A DNA stretch of 64,000 nt. Origin: an uncultured Pseudomonadota bacterium. Lineage in GTDB: Bacteria > Pseudomonadota > Alphaproteobacteria > Rs-D84. Under the pieces are notes generated by a model, which worked only from the letters and a program-made list of their open reading frames with translations, had not been told where the DNA came from and searched no databases. The translations under genes were made by a program, and so were the position numbers. Of this stretch, positions 8,869 to 18,871 are shown in pieces (position 1 is the stretch's first letter; every line of letters starts with the position of its first letter). Location of the stretch: the NCBI GenBank assembly GCA_900320405.1, contig OOHM01000001.1, forward strand, positions 203,191 through 267,190. Direction: 5' to 3'.

Positions 8869-9690
8869 TTAAAATGCGTAAGATTTCGCCGCAAAATTAT
8901 CGGTCGCGCTTTGAATATTTTCCGAATTGTCTTCGGCGTTTCGGCCACAATCAACCAATTCCAATTCACCATAGTACGCGGTCATCATCGGGTCGTATGA
9001 ATTGTCCGAACTGACCCATTTATCGGTATCTGAATTTGGATTACCGTATTTATCCAACACATTTTGCCACCAAGCCCAGATTTTTTTATCGCGTTGGTTT
9101 GCAAACTTTTCTGCGTCGCCTTCGACTTCATCGACATCATTTTTATAAACGATTTTCCATGCGACATTGTCGGTGGCGTTGCTGGTAAAATAAACATCGA
9201 TTGTTTCACCCGTGACACCACGCACCAAATGCAGTTCAGATGCATACATAACACCACGATTGCGCGCCAAAGAATTTATGCACGCGTCCAATTTTGCCGG
9301 GGCGTACACACCATTGCGCCGGCATTCGTAGTCAAGGTTGTATTTCCAATCCGGATGTATGGTATAAATAACGCTATTCTTCGGTCGATTCACATACAGA
9401 CCATTTTCGCGCGCGACCAATTGTGCCTCGTCAAAACTCATTCCCAACATTATGCCTGCAATATCAAACCCGGAAACCGCGGCGGGATTGTCACCGGCGT
9501 TTATCGATACCACGCCCGCACTGCACGCGTTGTTGCCATCTTCATTTGTTTCAATCGTATATTCATCAAAGTTATCGTATTCTTGGGCCTCGGGGAATCC
9601 TTCATAGTCAAATTCGTCTTCGGCCGGCGCAACAAACGGATGCGCCACAACGACGCACATAACACATAATAGCATCCATAAACGTTTCAT
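8869..9690 (-). CDS. Secreted hypothetical protein
   Basis: Signal peptide, acidic N-terminus, FDIAGIMLGMS motif. Confidence 0.75.
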   Translation of the reverse strand: MKRLWMLLCVMCVVVAHPFVAPAEDEFDYEGFPEAQEYDNFDEYTIETNEDGNNACSAGVVSINAGDNPAAVSGFDIAGIMLGMSFDEAQLVARENGLYVNRPKNSVIYTIHPDWKYNLDYECRRNGVYAPAKLDACINSLARNRGVMYASELHLVRGVTGETIDVYFTSNATDNVAWKIVYKNDVDEVEGDAEKFANQRDKKIWAWWQNVLDKYGNPNSDTDKWVSSDNSYDPMMTAYYGELELVDCGRNAEDNSENIQSATDNFAAKSYAF

Positions 9691-9695
9691 ACCTT

Positions 9696-10349
9696 TTATT
9701 CCCCACCAAACATTACATCTGATACCCGAAACACAAACACAACCGCCGGATCAATTCCCATCTTTAACGCCCGTTGCACCGCATCGATATCGCTTTTCAA
9801 CCGACCGATTGTGCCGGCATCTTCGATTTTTATGTACATTGTGCCACGCGTGACCGTCGGTGGTGTGCCCATATCATTTGGTTTATACCACGTTTTTAAT
9901 TCATAATCAACATGCCAATAATTACTGTTTTCGGGCTTAAAGATTTCGTTAAAAACCCGAACCGTTCGGCGCGCGCCATTTGACGCCAATTCGCGAATTT
10001 CGGGCACAACATTCTGTTCCCATGCGCGCGCAACATTCGCCGCAGACATAATTCTTATATTTGCGGTGTTTCCGCGTGTGCGTCGCGCAACATTTTCAAC
10101 ATCGGGAATTACATAGAAATATTCCATAACAAATTTTTGAATTAACCAATCCCGCATTCTGCGTTCACCAACCTCGGCAAGATTGCGTGGCATACCGGTT
10201 TGATTAACCGCGCTTAACCCCGTGCGAAAGAAATATGGTTCAACCGTCACTTTGTTGCCCGTATCATATATCGCACCTGCGATATAAATCATCGCGAATA
10301 CGGCGAATATGGTCACCAATCCGATAATATATCCAATCAGTCGTTTCAT
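9696..10349 (-). CDS. VirB8-like bitopic membrane protein (copy 2)
   Basis: N-terminal TM followed by KVTVEPYF, then helical and beta periplasmic domain of VirB8-like size. Confidence 0.45.
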   Translation of the reverse strand: MKRLIGYIIGLVTIFAVFAMIYIAGAIYDTGNKVTVEPYFFRTGLSAVNQTGMPRNLAEVGERRMRDWLIQKFVMEYFYVIPDVENVARRTRGNTANIRIMSAANVARAWEQNVVPEIRELASNGARRTVRVFNEIFKPENSNYWHVDYELKTWYKPNDMGTPPTVTRGTMYIKIEDAGTIGRLKSDIDAVQRALKMGIDPAVVFVFRVSDVMFGGE

Positions 10350-10350
10350 A

Positions 10351-11085
10351 TTATTCCCTGTACGCGTTAAAACCCGTTATATAGTATCCCAATGTTTGCG
10401 GATACCGTGCGACATCATATGCAACCTTGACATATGCAATGATATCAAAATGGCCGTTTATATTGGAATAAACACGCGCCCGCGCCACCCACGTGCCACC
10501 ATTTGCGGTGATTTTTCCGCCACTGAAAACGGTAATTTTGTTTGGGTCAATATACCACCGTTCACCGGCCGATTCGTATGCACGGTATTGTGGCAACACA
10601 TCTGTCACAAAATTTTGATACATCCCTTCACCCGAAATGCAGTATATATCGCACCCATCAACATTCGCGAATGTATTTGGCACGTGTCGCGTGCATTCTG
10701 TTTCGCGATTGCACCGTTCCCACGCGCGTGCATTTTTTTGTGCATTGGCGGAAATTGTAAACCATTTTTCGGTGAAAATCCCGACCAATGCGCGTTGAAC
10801 AGATTGATAGTAAGGAATGTTTTTTTCGCCCAATGGCCGACCAACCAATTGCCATTCGCCGCGCGTACTGTCTACATATATCACAAACGGATTTACCGTC
10901 TGGTTCGTGCGCAACCACGGCAAGGCGACACAAAAACCGATGATAATCAAAAATGCCACCGCAATCCATATGCCCATTGTTCGGGAAACGGCGACCCGTT
11001 TTCCCGCCGGAAACGCGGAATTTTCAAAATCATCTGGGTAATCCAATGTTCTCTCCCCAAAATATGGTGTGCACAATCCGCGCAA
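10351..11085 (-). CDS. VirB8-like bitopic membrane protein (copy 1)
   Basis: TM followed by TVNPFVIYVDSTRGE (cf. VirB8 PYVIRVD..TG); C-terminal LGYYITGF (cf. PLGF.VT.Y); start uncertain (TTG). Confidence 0.55.
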   Translation of the reverse strand: MRGLCTPYFGERTLDYPDDFENSAFPAGKRVAVSRTMGIWIAVAFLIIIGFCVALPWLRTNQTVNPFVIYVDSTRGEWQLVGRPLGEKNIPYYQSVQRALVGIFTEKWFTISANAQKNARAWERCNRETECTRHVPNTFANVDGCDIYCISGEGMYQNFVTDVLPQYRAYESAGERWYIDPNKITVFSGGKITANGGTWVARARVYSNINGHFDIIAYVKVAYDVARYPQTLGYYITGFNAYRE

Positions 11086-11232
11086 TTACGCACGGTATAC
11101 CATAATGCACGCGCACGGACTTAATTTCAATTCATTCGTATCGTATCCGACACCAACCGGTTCGCGGTCATATATCTGACCACATCCGGCCACGGCCAAT
11201 CCAATAAACAAACCTAGTATAATTTTTTTCAT
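11086..11232 (-). CDS. Small lipoprotein, VirB7-like
   Basis: MKKIILGLFIGLAVAGC lipobox; C-terminal KLSPCAC; directly upstream of the VirB8-like genes. Confidence 0.6.
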   Translation of the reverse strand: MKKIILGLFIGLAVAGCGQIYDREPVGVGYDTNELKLSPCACIMVYRA

Positions 11233-11300
11233 ATCCTTTCCCCCATGTTTGTTTTGATTATAAGAAAATTTTGCGCACCCGGTCAAGTGCAAATAACACA

Positions 11301-13559
11301 TTAAAACTGGGTTTCAAATGAAAGCAAGAAACGGCGTTCACGGTCGTGTTCACCCATCTTTAACGGCCAACCCCAACTGAAATTCATTGGACCCATTGGC
11401 GTATTCCAATAAATACCAAGACCGACAGATGTGCGAATACCGCTGTCTATAAAATTCGGTTGCCCAAGATATGTGTTTTCACGCGCTGGCGGTTTACCCA
11501 AAATACCATAGTCCATAAATACGAAACCTTTGACCTGGTATTCATCGGGGATAAAGATGGGGAAATTCAATTGCGTTGAACCATTGATTTTCCACATACC
11601 ACCCAATGAATATGACTGGTATGCCCAATTACGGCTGCCCACACCGGCGATTTCAAACCCACGCAACGATTCACCGCCCAAGAAATAACGATATACACGT
11701 GGCACATAATCATCACCGATTGATTGGATATAGCCCAAATCCAACGAAGTCTTTAATTGCCAACGGTCGTCCAAGAATTTAACCATTGCGGTTGCATCCG
11801 CACTGTATCGCATAAATGTTTCGGTTCCGCCAAATCCGGTATACGCGATGCCAAAATTACCGACCAAACCGGTGTGGGTATTCTGTTCAAAATTCGTGTC
11901 CAGGTTATAATATTTCAAATATGTTCCCAATGTGTAAAGGCGCGCATTTTGCCAACCACCAATTTGCAAATCATAATTTTGATCAAATGATGCAGATAAA
12001 CGCAATGTTTGTGACCAATGGTCGGTCAATTGCCAACCCATCCGCCCCGCAATGGTCAATGAATCGCGGTCGTATCCAAAACCACCCAAATGTTTATAAT
12101 TATACATAGTATATGAAACATCAAATCCCGCAGATAACGCGCGCCCGAATAAAAACGGTTCTGTGAAACTGAATAACGCCTGTTTTTGATATTGTGCGAT
12201 GGACCCGCGCAGTTGCACCGTTTGTCCGCGCCCCATAAAGTTATTTTCGGCAATACCTGCGTCCAACATAAAACCGTTTATATTTGACCAACCAAAACCG
12301 CCCGATAATTCACCGGTTGGTTGTTCTTCAACCTTGATATCTAAATTCATCATATTTGCATCGGCAATACGCGATGGAACCATTTGAACATCTTTGAAAT
12401 AACGCGTACGCATCAAACGTTGGCGTCCCTGTTCAATGGTTTGCAGCGAGAACGGATCGCCCGCGCGCATAGGAACCAATTGATTAATAACGGAATCAAA
12501 TGTTCGTACATTTCCCAAAATATTCACCGAGTTCAAATAAATTCGATTTGTTTTTTGAATTTTGAAATCTAAATCTATTGTTCGTGCATCGTCATTTTTT
12601 GTTGGCACCGGTTCGACATTTATAAATGCGTACCCATAATCTGCAACCGCGCCGCGCAGTGCAGAAATACTGGATTCCACTTTGTCTATGTTATATGTAT
12701 CACCACTGGAAATTTTTAACGCGTCATTCAAAACATCGTCCGGCACATCGTCAAATGGATTATCAATACTTAACTTTCCAATTTTGTACTTTGGGCCTTC
12801 GTCAACATTGAAAACCACAGAATAATATTCACGGTCGGGCGTAAATGTTCCCTTGGCATTTTTTACCTGGAAATCTACATAACCATTGCGCAGGTAAAAT
12901 TGGCGCAGCATTTGTTGGTCGTACAGTATGCGGTCTTCATCGTACACATCAAATTGCGACATAAACCGCCACCACGCGTGTTCGCGTGACAAAATTTCCC
13001 CGCGCAGCGTTCGTGAACTGAACTTCTTATTACCTTCAAAATCAATATCGCGGATATAGGTTGGGTGACCTTCGGTAATCTCGTATACAACATTTACGCG
13101 ATTATCATCCAAAGATATTTTTTTGGGTTCAATTTTTGTTCCAAAAAAACCCTTGCGTTGATACAGTGTCAGCATCCGCCCAACATCCGCCCCAATCACA
13201 GATTGGTCAAATGCCGACCGTTCCTTTAATTTAATTTCTTTTTTCAAATCGTCTGTTGAAACATCATCATTGCCTTCAACGGTGACCATATTCACAATTG
13301 GCGCCTCGGTGATATTTATCTTCATAATACCACCGTCCATTTTGACCGAAACACTTGAAAAGTATCCGCTTTCCTGTAATTGTTTTGCGATTTTATTTGT
13401 GCGTTCTGTTGTGATGTTTTCGCCGGTCTTAACATCGGCCAATATCCGTACAGATTCTGCGTCCATACGATTGTTTCCGACCACATCAACGCGCGACAAC
13501 GTCACGGCCCCGCATGGGACAGCAAAAATAATCAAAAAAGCGTATAAATATTTTTTCAT
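11301..13559 (-). CDS. bamA: Outer membrane protein assembly factor BamA
   Basis: POTRA repeats, LGGESLRGF, TPMGP, C-terminal F. Confidence 0.95.
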   Translation of the reverse strand: MKKYLYAFLIIFAVPCGAVTLSRVDVVGNNRMDAESVRILADVKTGENITTERTNKIAKQLQESGYFSSVSVKMDGGIMKINITEAPIVNMVTVEGNDDVSTDDLKKEIKLKERSAFDQSVIGADVGRMLTLYQRKGFFGTKIEPKKISLDDNRVNVVYEITEGHPTYIRDIDFEGNKKFSSRTLRGEILSREHAWWRFMSQFDVYDEDRILYDQQMLRQFYLRNGYVDFQVKNAKGTFTPDREYYSVVFNVDEGPKYKIGKLSIDNPFDDVPDDVLNDALKISSGDTYNIDKVESSISALRGAVADYGYAFINVEPVPTKNDDARTIDLDFKIQKTNRIYLNSVNILGNVRTFDSVINQLVPMRAGDPFSLQTIEQGRQRLMRTRYFKDVQMVPSRIADANMMNLDIKVEEQPTGELSGGFGWSNINGFMLDAGIAENNFMGRGQTVQLRGSIAQYQKQALFSFTEPFLFGRALSAGFDVSYTMYNYKHLGGFGYDRDSLTIAGRMGWQLTDHWSQTLRLSASFDQNYDLQIGGWQNARLYTLGTYLKYYNLDTNFEQNTHTGLVGNFGIAYTGFGGTETFMRYSADATAMVKFLDDRWQLKTSLDLGYIQSIGDDYVPRVYRYFLGGESLRGFEIAGVGSRNWAYQSYSLGGMWKINGSTQLNFPIFIPDEYQVKGFVFMDYGILGKPPARENTYLGQPNFIDSGIRTSVGLGIYWNTPMGPMNFSWGWPLKMGEHDRERRFLLSFETQF

Positions 13560-14611
13560 AATCCAAATACCCGTACCAAATCATTCCACATTGTTAATGC
13601 GAACACAAATGCCAAAAATACCCATCCACAAATTATGACAATTTCCATTCCTTTGCCACCTAGCTTTTTGCGTGTTATGCCTTCTATTATCAAAATCAGC
13701 AAATATCCGCCATCCAACACCGGCAACGGCAACAGGTTTATAACCCCCAAATTCACCGACAGCAACGCAATTATCGCCATCAACGCAAAGAACCCATTTG
13801 CCATTGCTTGGCCAGAAACCTGGGCAATGGTAATGAAAGATCCCAATTGCCGTGATGAACGGTCACCGGTGACAATCTGCTTTAACACAATTAACAATGT
13901 CTTAGATTGGTAATATGTTTCGCGCGCACCGGAATACAACGCGCCAAAGAAACCTTTCTTGCGAAATTCGGTCTTACTGCCGTCTGCAACCAATCCCCAG
14001 CGTTCCGCCGGTGCCAATGCGACCTCTACTATTTTGTCTTTGCGCGCAATTGTGACATGTGCCGGACGTGAACCCGCCAATTCTTTGGCGATAACCAATT
14101 CACCCCAGTTTGTGATTTTTGCCCCGTCAATTTGAACGATAACATCGCCCGATTTTACACCGGCATTAAACGCGACGCTTTCACGAATAACCTGGCCAAC
14201 CACAGGCAACTGAACGGTGCGGGGTTTGAACATAAATATTGACGAATATATACACCACGCCAGGATAAAATTCATAACAACACCGGCGGCGATGATAATA
14301 AATTGTTTCCACGCAGGCGCAGACAGATAATGCCCGACCTTTTTATCTTTGGGTAATTCTTTGTACTTTTTGCGGTTGAACATATCTTCTTGGCCATATA
14401 TGGAAACATATCCACCCAACGGTAAACACGCGATTTTCCAAATTGTGCCGCGTTTATCGGTCCATTTTACAATCGCCGGTCCAAACCCAATAGAAAACGC
14501 ATCAACGCGAACGCCGGCCCAACGCGCCGCCAAAAAGTGCCCAAGTTCGTGTATAAAAACCACCACACCCAAAACAATCAGCAGTGCGATAATGGTCGTT
14601 ATTGTATGCAT
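13556..14611 (-). CDS. rseP: RIP metalloprotease RseP
   Basis: HELGH, FSIGFGP, PLGGYV, PDZ, NLLPLPVLDGG. Confidence 0.95.
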   Translation of the reverse strand: MHTITTIIALLIVLGVVVFIHELGHFLAARWAGVRVDAFSIGFGPAIVKWTDKRGTIWKIACLPLGGYVSIYGQEDMFNRKKYKELPKDKKVGHYLSAPAWKQFIIIAAGVVMNFILAWCIYSSIFMFKPRTVQLPVVGQVIRESVAFNAGVKSGDVIVQIDGAKITNWGELVIAKELAGSRPAHVTIARKDKIVEVALAPAERWGLVADGSKTEFRKKGFFGALYSGARETYYQSKTLLIVLKQIVTGDRSSRQLGSFITIAQVSGQAMANGFFALMAIIALLSVNLGVINLLPLPVLDGGYLLILIIEGITRKKLGGKGMEIVIICGWVFLAFVFALTMWNDLVRVFGL

Positions 14612-14631
14612 TTCCTTCCATCCTTTTTTTC

Positions 14632-15282
14632 TTATGCCAATACAGCCCATATAATAGGCAACACATAAATCCAACCGTCAAACCGGTCGATAATTCCACC
14701 GTGTCCGCCCAAAATATGACTGTAATCCTTGATTCCTAATTTGCGTTTAACAAAACTTGCGGTTAAATCGCCATATTGCGACAGCAACGCAATACCAATT
14801 CCAATCCAAACCAATTGTGAAACGAATGTTCCCAAAACCCAATGACCGTAAGCAATTGCCGCGGCGGTTCCACCAATCACACCAAAAATTTGTCCGGCCC
14901 AGGTTTTATGTTCAGAAATCCGTTCCCACATTTTGTCACCGCCGATTTGTCGCCCAAAGAACCACGCACAAATGTCGGCCGCGCATATAATAACCAAAAT
15001 CATTAGAATCAACATTGGTCGCCGCGCCAAAGTCAACAAAGATACAAAATCAAATCCCAAAACGCCCAAAAATATCAAGAATATCGCAATGTTTTTGCCA
15101 CCGAACATAACATCACGCGGTGCACGCCACATACATCCCAAAAATTCAATAATCATTGCCAACGATACACCCAAACACAGCCAATAAACACCCGGAATCC
15201 CGGCGCGTTCCAACAACGCCGCGATAACGATAACCGCGAATATTCCGCCCGCGACCAGTATTCTATTCATTGTTTCTGACAT
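14632..15282 (-). CDS. cdsA: Phosphatidate cytidylyltransferase
   Basis: SEHKTW.G, GDL..S..KR..GIKD....GGHGG..DRFD. Confidence 0.93.
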   Translation of the reverse strand: MSETMNRILVAGGIFAVIVIAALLERAGIPGVYWLCLGVSLAMIIEFLGCMWRAPRDVMFGGKNIAIFLIFLGVLGFDFVSLLTLARRPMLILMILVIICAADICAWFFGRQIGGDKMWERISEHKTWAGQIFGVIGGTAAAIAYGHWVLGTFVSQLVWIGIGIALLSQYGDLTASFVKRKLGIKDYSHILGGHGGIIDRFDGWIYVLPIIWAVLA

Positions 15283-15291
15283 ATTATTCCC

Positions 15292-16047
15292 CTATTTTTT
15301 ACGTCCAGAATAGTTTGCCTTTTTCCCACCACCGAACCGGCGATTGCGTTTGGCATATTCGTCCAAAACAAACCGCCACAGTTTTGTTGACTTTACCAAT
15401 TCCGGCCAGTGTTCCGGCACAAACAACAATTCCGCATACGCCAATTTCCACAACAGAAAGTTAGAAATTCTAAATTCATTACTTGTCCGCACCATAAGGT
15501 CAATAGGTAACAAATCCCCGGTATCCAAAAATGTTTCGAATGTTTCGCGTGTGACGGGTGCGCCCGCGGCAATGGCGGCATTTGCGGCGTTTACGATTTC
15601 ATCTTGTCCGCCATAATTCAGCGCAAATACAACCGTGCCATTGGTGTTTTCTGCCGATTCGGCCTCTAATTTATCACACATATTGGCCAATTTTTTTGGC
15701 AACCTATCGCGCGAACCGATTACCAGGTATCTAAGGTTTTTTTCCAATGCGTGTTTCAAATTCTTTTTCAGTTCGGAATAGAACAAATCCATAAGGAAAT
15801 CGACTTCTTCTTTGGACCGGTTCCAATTTTCGGTTGAAAATATAAAGAAAGTAATCGTCGTAACACCACGTGCAACAAACCAATCAACCAAGTTTTCAAA
15901 GTTTGAAATACCCGCACGATGACCCAACAGGGGCGGCAAACCGCGGGCTTCGGCCCAACGACGGTTGCCGTCACAGATAAACGCGATATGCTTTGGAATT
16001 TTTACCGGTGCCACGACATCGGGTTTCTTTTTGAATAATCTGAACAT
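15292..16047 (-). CDS. uppS: Undecaprenyl diphosphate synthase
   Basis: HIAFICDGNRRWA, FSTENWNRS, RTSNEFRISNFLLW. Confidence 0.95.
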   Translation of the reverse strand: MFRLFKKKPDVVAPVKIPKHIAFICDGNRRWAEARGLPPLLGHRAGISNFENLVDWFVARGVTTITFFIFSTENWNRSKEEVDFLMDLFYSELKKNLKHALEKNLRYLVIGSRDRLPKKLANMCDKLEAESAENTNGTVVFALNYGGQDEIVNAANAAIAAGAPVTRETFETFLDTGDLLPIDLMVRTSNEFRISNFLLWKLAYAELLFVPEHWPELVKSTKLWRFVLDEYAKRNRRFGGGKKANYSGRKK

Positions 16048-16090
16048 TTTTACACCCAATATTTTTTGTTAAACCACGTGTCCAAAAATC

Positions 16091-16651
16091 TTACACAGAC
16101 ATAATATCTGCTTCTTTTTGTTTGGCAATAGAATCAACCTCGGCCCCGCGGGCATCAAACACCTTTTGCAGATCGGTTTCGAATTTGCGTTGGTCGTCTT
16201 CGGAAATTTCTTTGTCGGTGACGGCGCGTTTGATTTTACCCATTGCGTCCTGACGAATGTTGCGCATAGAAATCTTGGCTTCTTCGGCGTATTTACCTGC
16301 AACCTTGGTCAATTCGCGACGGCGTTCTTCGGTCAATGGTGGCATATTCAGGCGAATAACCGCACCCGCACTCATTGGGTTCAATCCCAATCCAGAATCA
16401 CGAATCGCTTTTTCAACCGCGCCAACATTTGACATATCCCACACGGTCACACTAAGCGTTTGGTTATCTGGGGTTGAAACGGTTGCCAATTGGTTCAATG
16501 GCATATCAGACCCATATGTATTCACGCGTACACCATCCAACAGGTGTACCGACGCGCGTCCTGTACGCAAACCGGCATATTCATTGCGCAAAACTTCGAT
16601 TGTTTGTGCAGTTTTTTGTTCCGTTTCGGCCTTCAAAGATTGATAATCCAT
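16091..16651 (-). CDS. frr: Ribosome recycling factor
   Basis: LRTGRAS, PPLTEERR. Confidence 0.97.
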   Translation of the reverse strand: MDYQSLKAETEQKTAQTIEVLRNEYAGLRTGRASVHLLDGVRVNTYGSDMPLNQLATVSTPDNQTLSVTVWDMSNVGAVEKAIRDSGLGLNPMSAGAVIRLNMPPLTEERRRELTKVAGKYAEEAKISMRNIRQDAMGKIKRAVTDKEISEDDQRKFETDLQKVFDARGAEVDSIAKQKEADIMSV

Positions 16652-16736
16652 ATATAAAACTCCTTATGCTTATGGTTTAGGTTAGCAAATATATTTGACA
16701 TTTGGCAAGAAGAAATATAAAATGCTTTCTCGAAAT

Positions 16737-16812
16737 GGGGTTGTAGCTCAGTTGGTAGAGCACTTGCATGGCATGCAAGGGGTCGTCGGTTCAAGTCCGA
16801 TCAGCTCCACCA
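16737..16812 (+). tRNA. tRNA-Ala(GGC)
   Basis: Cloverleaf, G3:U70, anticodon loop ATGGCAT, encoded CCA; TTGACA...TAAAAT promoter upstream. Confidence 0.97.
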
Positions 16813-16921
16813 TCCGTCTTCGCTTCGCTCCGTCGCGATTGGTACAATCGGGCGGGGCGATGTGATTTTAATCACGCGAAGCGGATGTCGCGACGGAGTG
16901 CGCACTGCGCACGCAGACGGA
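16813..16921. repeat. Long imperfect inverted repeat between tRNA and GIY-YIG gene
   Basis: TCCGTCT..CTCCGTCGCGA ... TCGCGACGGAG..AGACGGA. Confidence 0.6.
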
Positions 16922-16929
16922 CAAAAATT

Positions 16930-17169
16930 ATGTTTTACGTATACATTTTACAGAGTATAAATTTTCCAGATAATTTTTATATCGGTTATACCGATGATTT
17001 GAAAAGGCGCATAAAACAGCATAATTATAATCATGTTGGACATACAGACAAATATAAACCATGGCGAATAAAAGATTATTTTGCAATTGATGATGAACAA
17101 AAGGCAAAAGATTTTGAAAAATACCTAAAATCCCAATGTGGTCGTGAATTTATCAAGAAACACTTTTGA
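16930..17169 (+). CDS. Small GIY-YIG nuclease
   Basis: FYVYIL...FYIGYT.DL.RR..QHN...T..Y.PW....E.YLKS..GR. Confidence 0.9.
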   Translation: MFYVYILQSINFPDNFYIGYTDDLKRRIKQHNYNHVGHTDKYKPWRIKDYFAIDDEQKAKDFEKYLKSQCGREFIKKHF

Positions 17170-17263
17170 AACCTGATACCTTGCGACAGCAATCGGCGCA
17201 GGCGGGCCAAATATATAATGTAATACAATTTGACATCTGTCCCATTTATTTTATACTGGTCGT

Positions 17264-17857
17264 ATGCTTTACATTGTGCGACATGGACAGACAGATTGGA
17301 ACCTGAACGGGCAAATTCAGGGACAAAACGATATACCGTTGAACGATACGGGGCGACTCCAGGCATCCAATGTTGCAGACCGTTTGTCGCGATTTAATTT
17401 AGAATATATTATTTCATCCGATTTATCACGTGCGGTGGAAACCGCGAATATAATTGGCGATAAATTGAATCTGCACGTTGAATACGATGCGCGTCTGCGT
17501 GAATATGATTTTGGAATTTTAACCGGTATGACACGCAAACGCTTTGACCCGCGCAGTATAGAATCGTTCTTTAAAGACCCAACCTATTTTAACGCCGAAC
17601 TGTTTGAAGACACATTTGCGCGTGTCGGTGAATTTTTCAAATCTGTTGATTACAATAAAAACATTTTGGCCGTCACACATGGCGGATTTATAAACTTTGC
17701 GCTGTGTTATTTAGAAGGAAAAGATAAATTCTACCTGTTAGATAAATTTCTGCATACAAAAATCGATAATTCGGCCGTGTTGCGAATACGGGATTTGAAA
17801 TCGGGTATGACGATATTGAAAAAGACGCGGTTTTTCAAATTGCCAAAAACGCGATAA
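17264..17857 (+). CDS. Histidine phosphatase (PGM family)
   Basis: RHGQTDWN, SSDLSRA, LRE..FG, THGG. Confidence 0.92.
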   Translation: MLYIVRHGQTDWNLNGQIQGQNDIPLNDTGRLQASNVADRLSRFNLEYIISSDLSRAVETANIIGDKLNLHVEYDARLREYDFGILTGMTRKRFDPRSIESFFKDPTYFNAELFEDTFARVGEFFKSVDYNKNILAVTHGGFINFALCYLEGKDKFYLLDKFLHTKIDNSAVLRIRDLKSGMTILKKTRFFKLPKTR

Positions 17858-18778
17858 TTAAATTAAATAAATTATATATGTCGCGTATGCAATTAAAAAC
17901 ATAATCCCGCCCACACGCCCCAGGCGCGAACCGCGTGCCGTTAATATCATTAACATTATAATCGCCAACATCGCGATTGCGCCGTCAAATATAAACGCCG
18001 GGTTAAATGGCAATGGGTGAATTGCCGCCGCCGTTCCCAACACAAACAGTATATTAAATATATTTGACCCGACAATATTTCCAACCGCCATATCATATTC
18101 GCGTTTTAATGCGGCGGCAATGCAAACCGCCAATTCGGGCAAACTGGTCCCCAGGGCGACCAAAGTCAGGCCAATCACACGATCCGATACCCCCAAACGC
18201 GTCGCAATATCCATTGCTGAATCAACCGTTAAATTACTGCCCAAAACAATTGCGACAATGCCGGCAATAATCATCAATATTGTCATCGGCATAGAAAAAG
18301 TTTTGATTTCGGGCGTTGTGTCATTTGATTGCCGTGCCATAAATACTGTGTATACGATAAATCCGACAAACATTGCCAAAAATATGAATGCCGCGACGCG
18401 TGAAACCGAACCCACCCATATTCCAACCCCAACCAGCATCAATGTCACCAATCCAACAAAAGGTAATTCATATCTTTTTGTGTTTTTATGAATTGGTAAT
18501 GCGCCGATTACCGCGGTTAACCCCAATATAAGGAATATGTTTGTAATATTACTGCCAATGACATTGCCAATGGAAACACCGTTGGAACCTTTTAATGCGG
18601 CGGCGATACTAATTGCGGCCTCGGGGGCACTGGTACCGATGGCGACAAGTGTTGTTCCAATTATAATCGCGGGAATGTGAAAACGGCGCGCCACGCCCGC
18701 GGCGGCATCAACAAATGCGTCTGCCCCGCGAACCAATAACACAAATCCGACAATCAACAATATCAATGATTCTATCAT
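17858..18778 (-). CDS. Ca2+/Na+ antiporter (YrbG family)
   Basis: Two GTS(A/L)PE and GN..GSN repeats, multiple TMs. Confidence 0.92.
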   Translation of the reverse strand: MIESLILLIVGFVLLVRGADAFVDAAAGVARRFHIPAIIIGTTLVAIGTSAPEAAISIAAALKGSNGVSIGNVIGSNITNIFLILGLTAVIGALPIHKNTKRYELPFVGLVTLMLVGVGIWVGSVSRVAAFIFLAMFVGFIVYTVFMARQSNDTTPEIKTFSMPMTILMIIAGIVAIVLGSNLTVDSAMDIATRLGVSDRVIGLTLVALGTSLPELAVCIAAALKREYDMAVGNIVGSNIFNILFVLGTAAAIHPLPFNPAFIFDGAIAMLAIIMLMILTARGSRLGRVGGIMFLIAYATYIIYLI

Positions 18779-18871
18779 AACGAGCAATATATCATAAATT
18801 TGCTTTTTTTGAAACGGTTTTTGTGATAAAATATATACCGACAAAAATTACAGAACAGGGGGAATCAAACA

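Noticed and set aside
10309-11124. Long antisense ORFs (e.g. 10309..11124, 21071..21805, 54098..54847)
   Set aside because: Shadow frames opposite well-supported genes, with no motifs or RBS
16768-16929. N-terminal extensions in the ORF track (16768, 29218, 60992, 51490, 4899)
   Set aside because: They run through tRNAs, repeats, structured RNA or dnaB; better starts with SD or promoter support lie downstream
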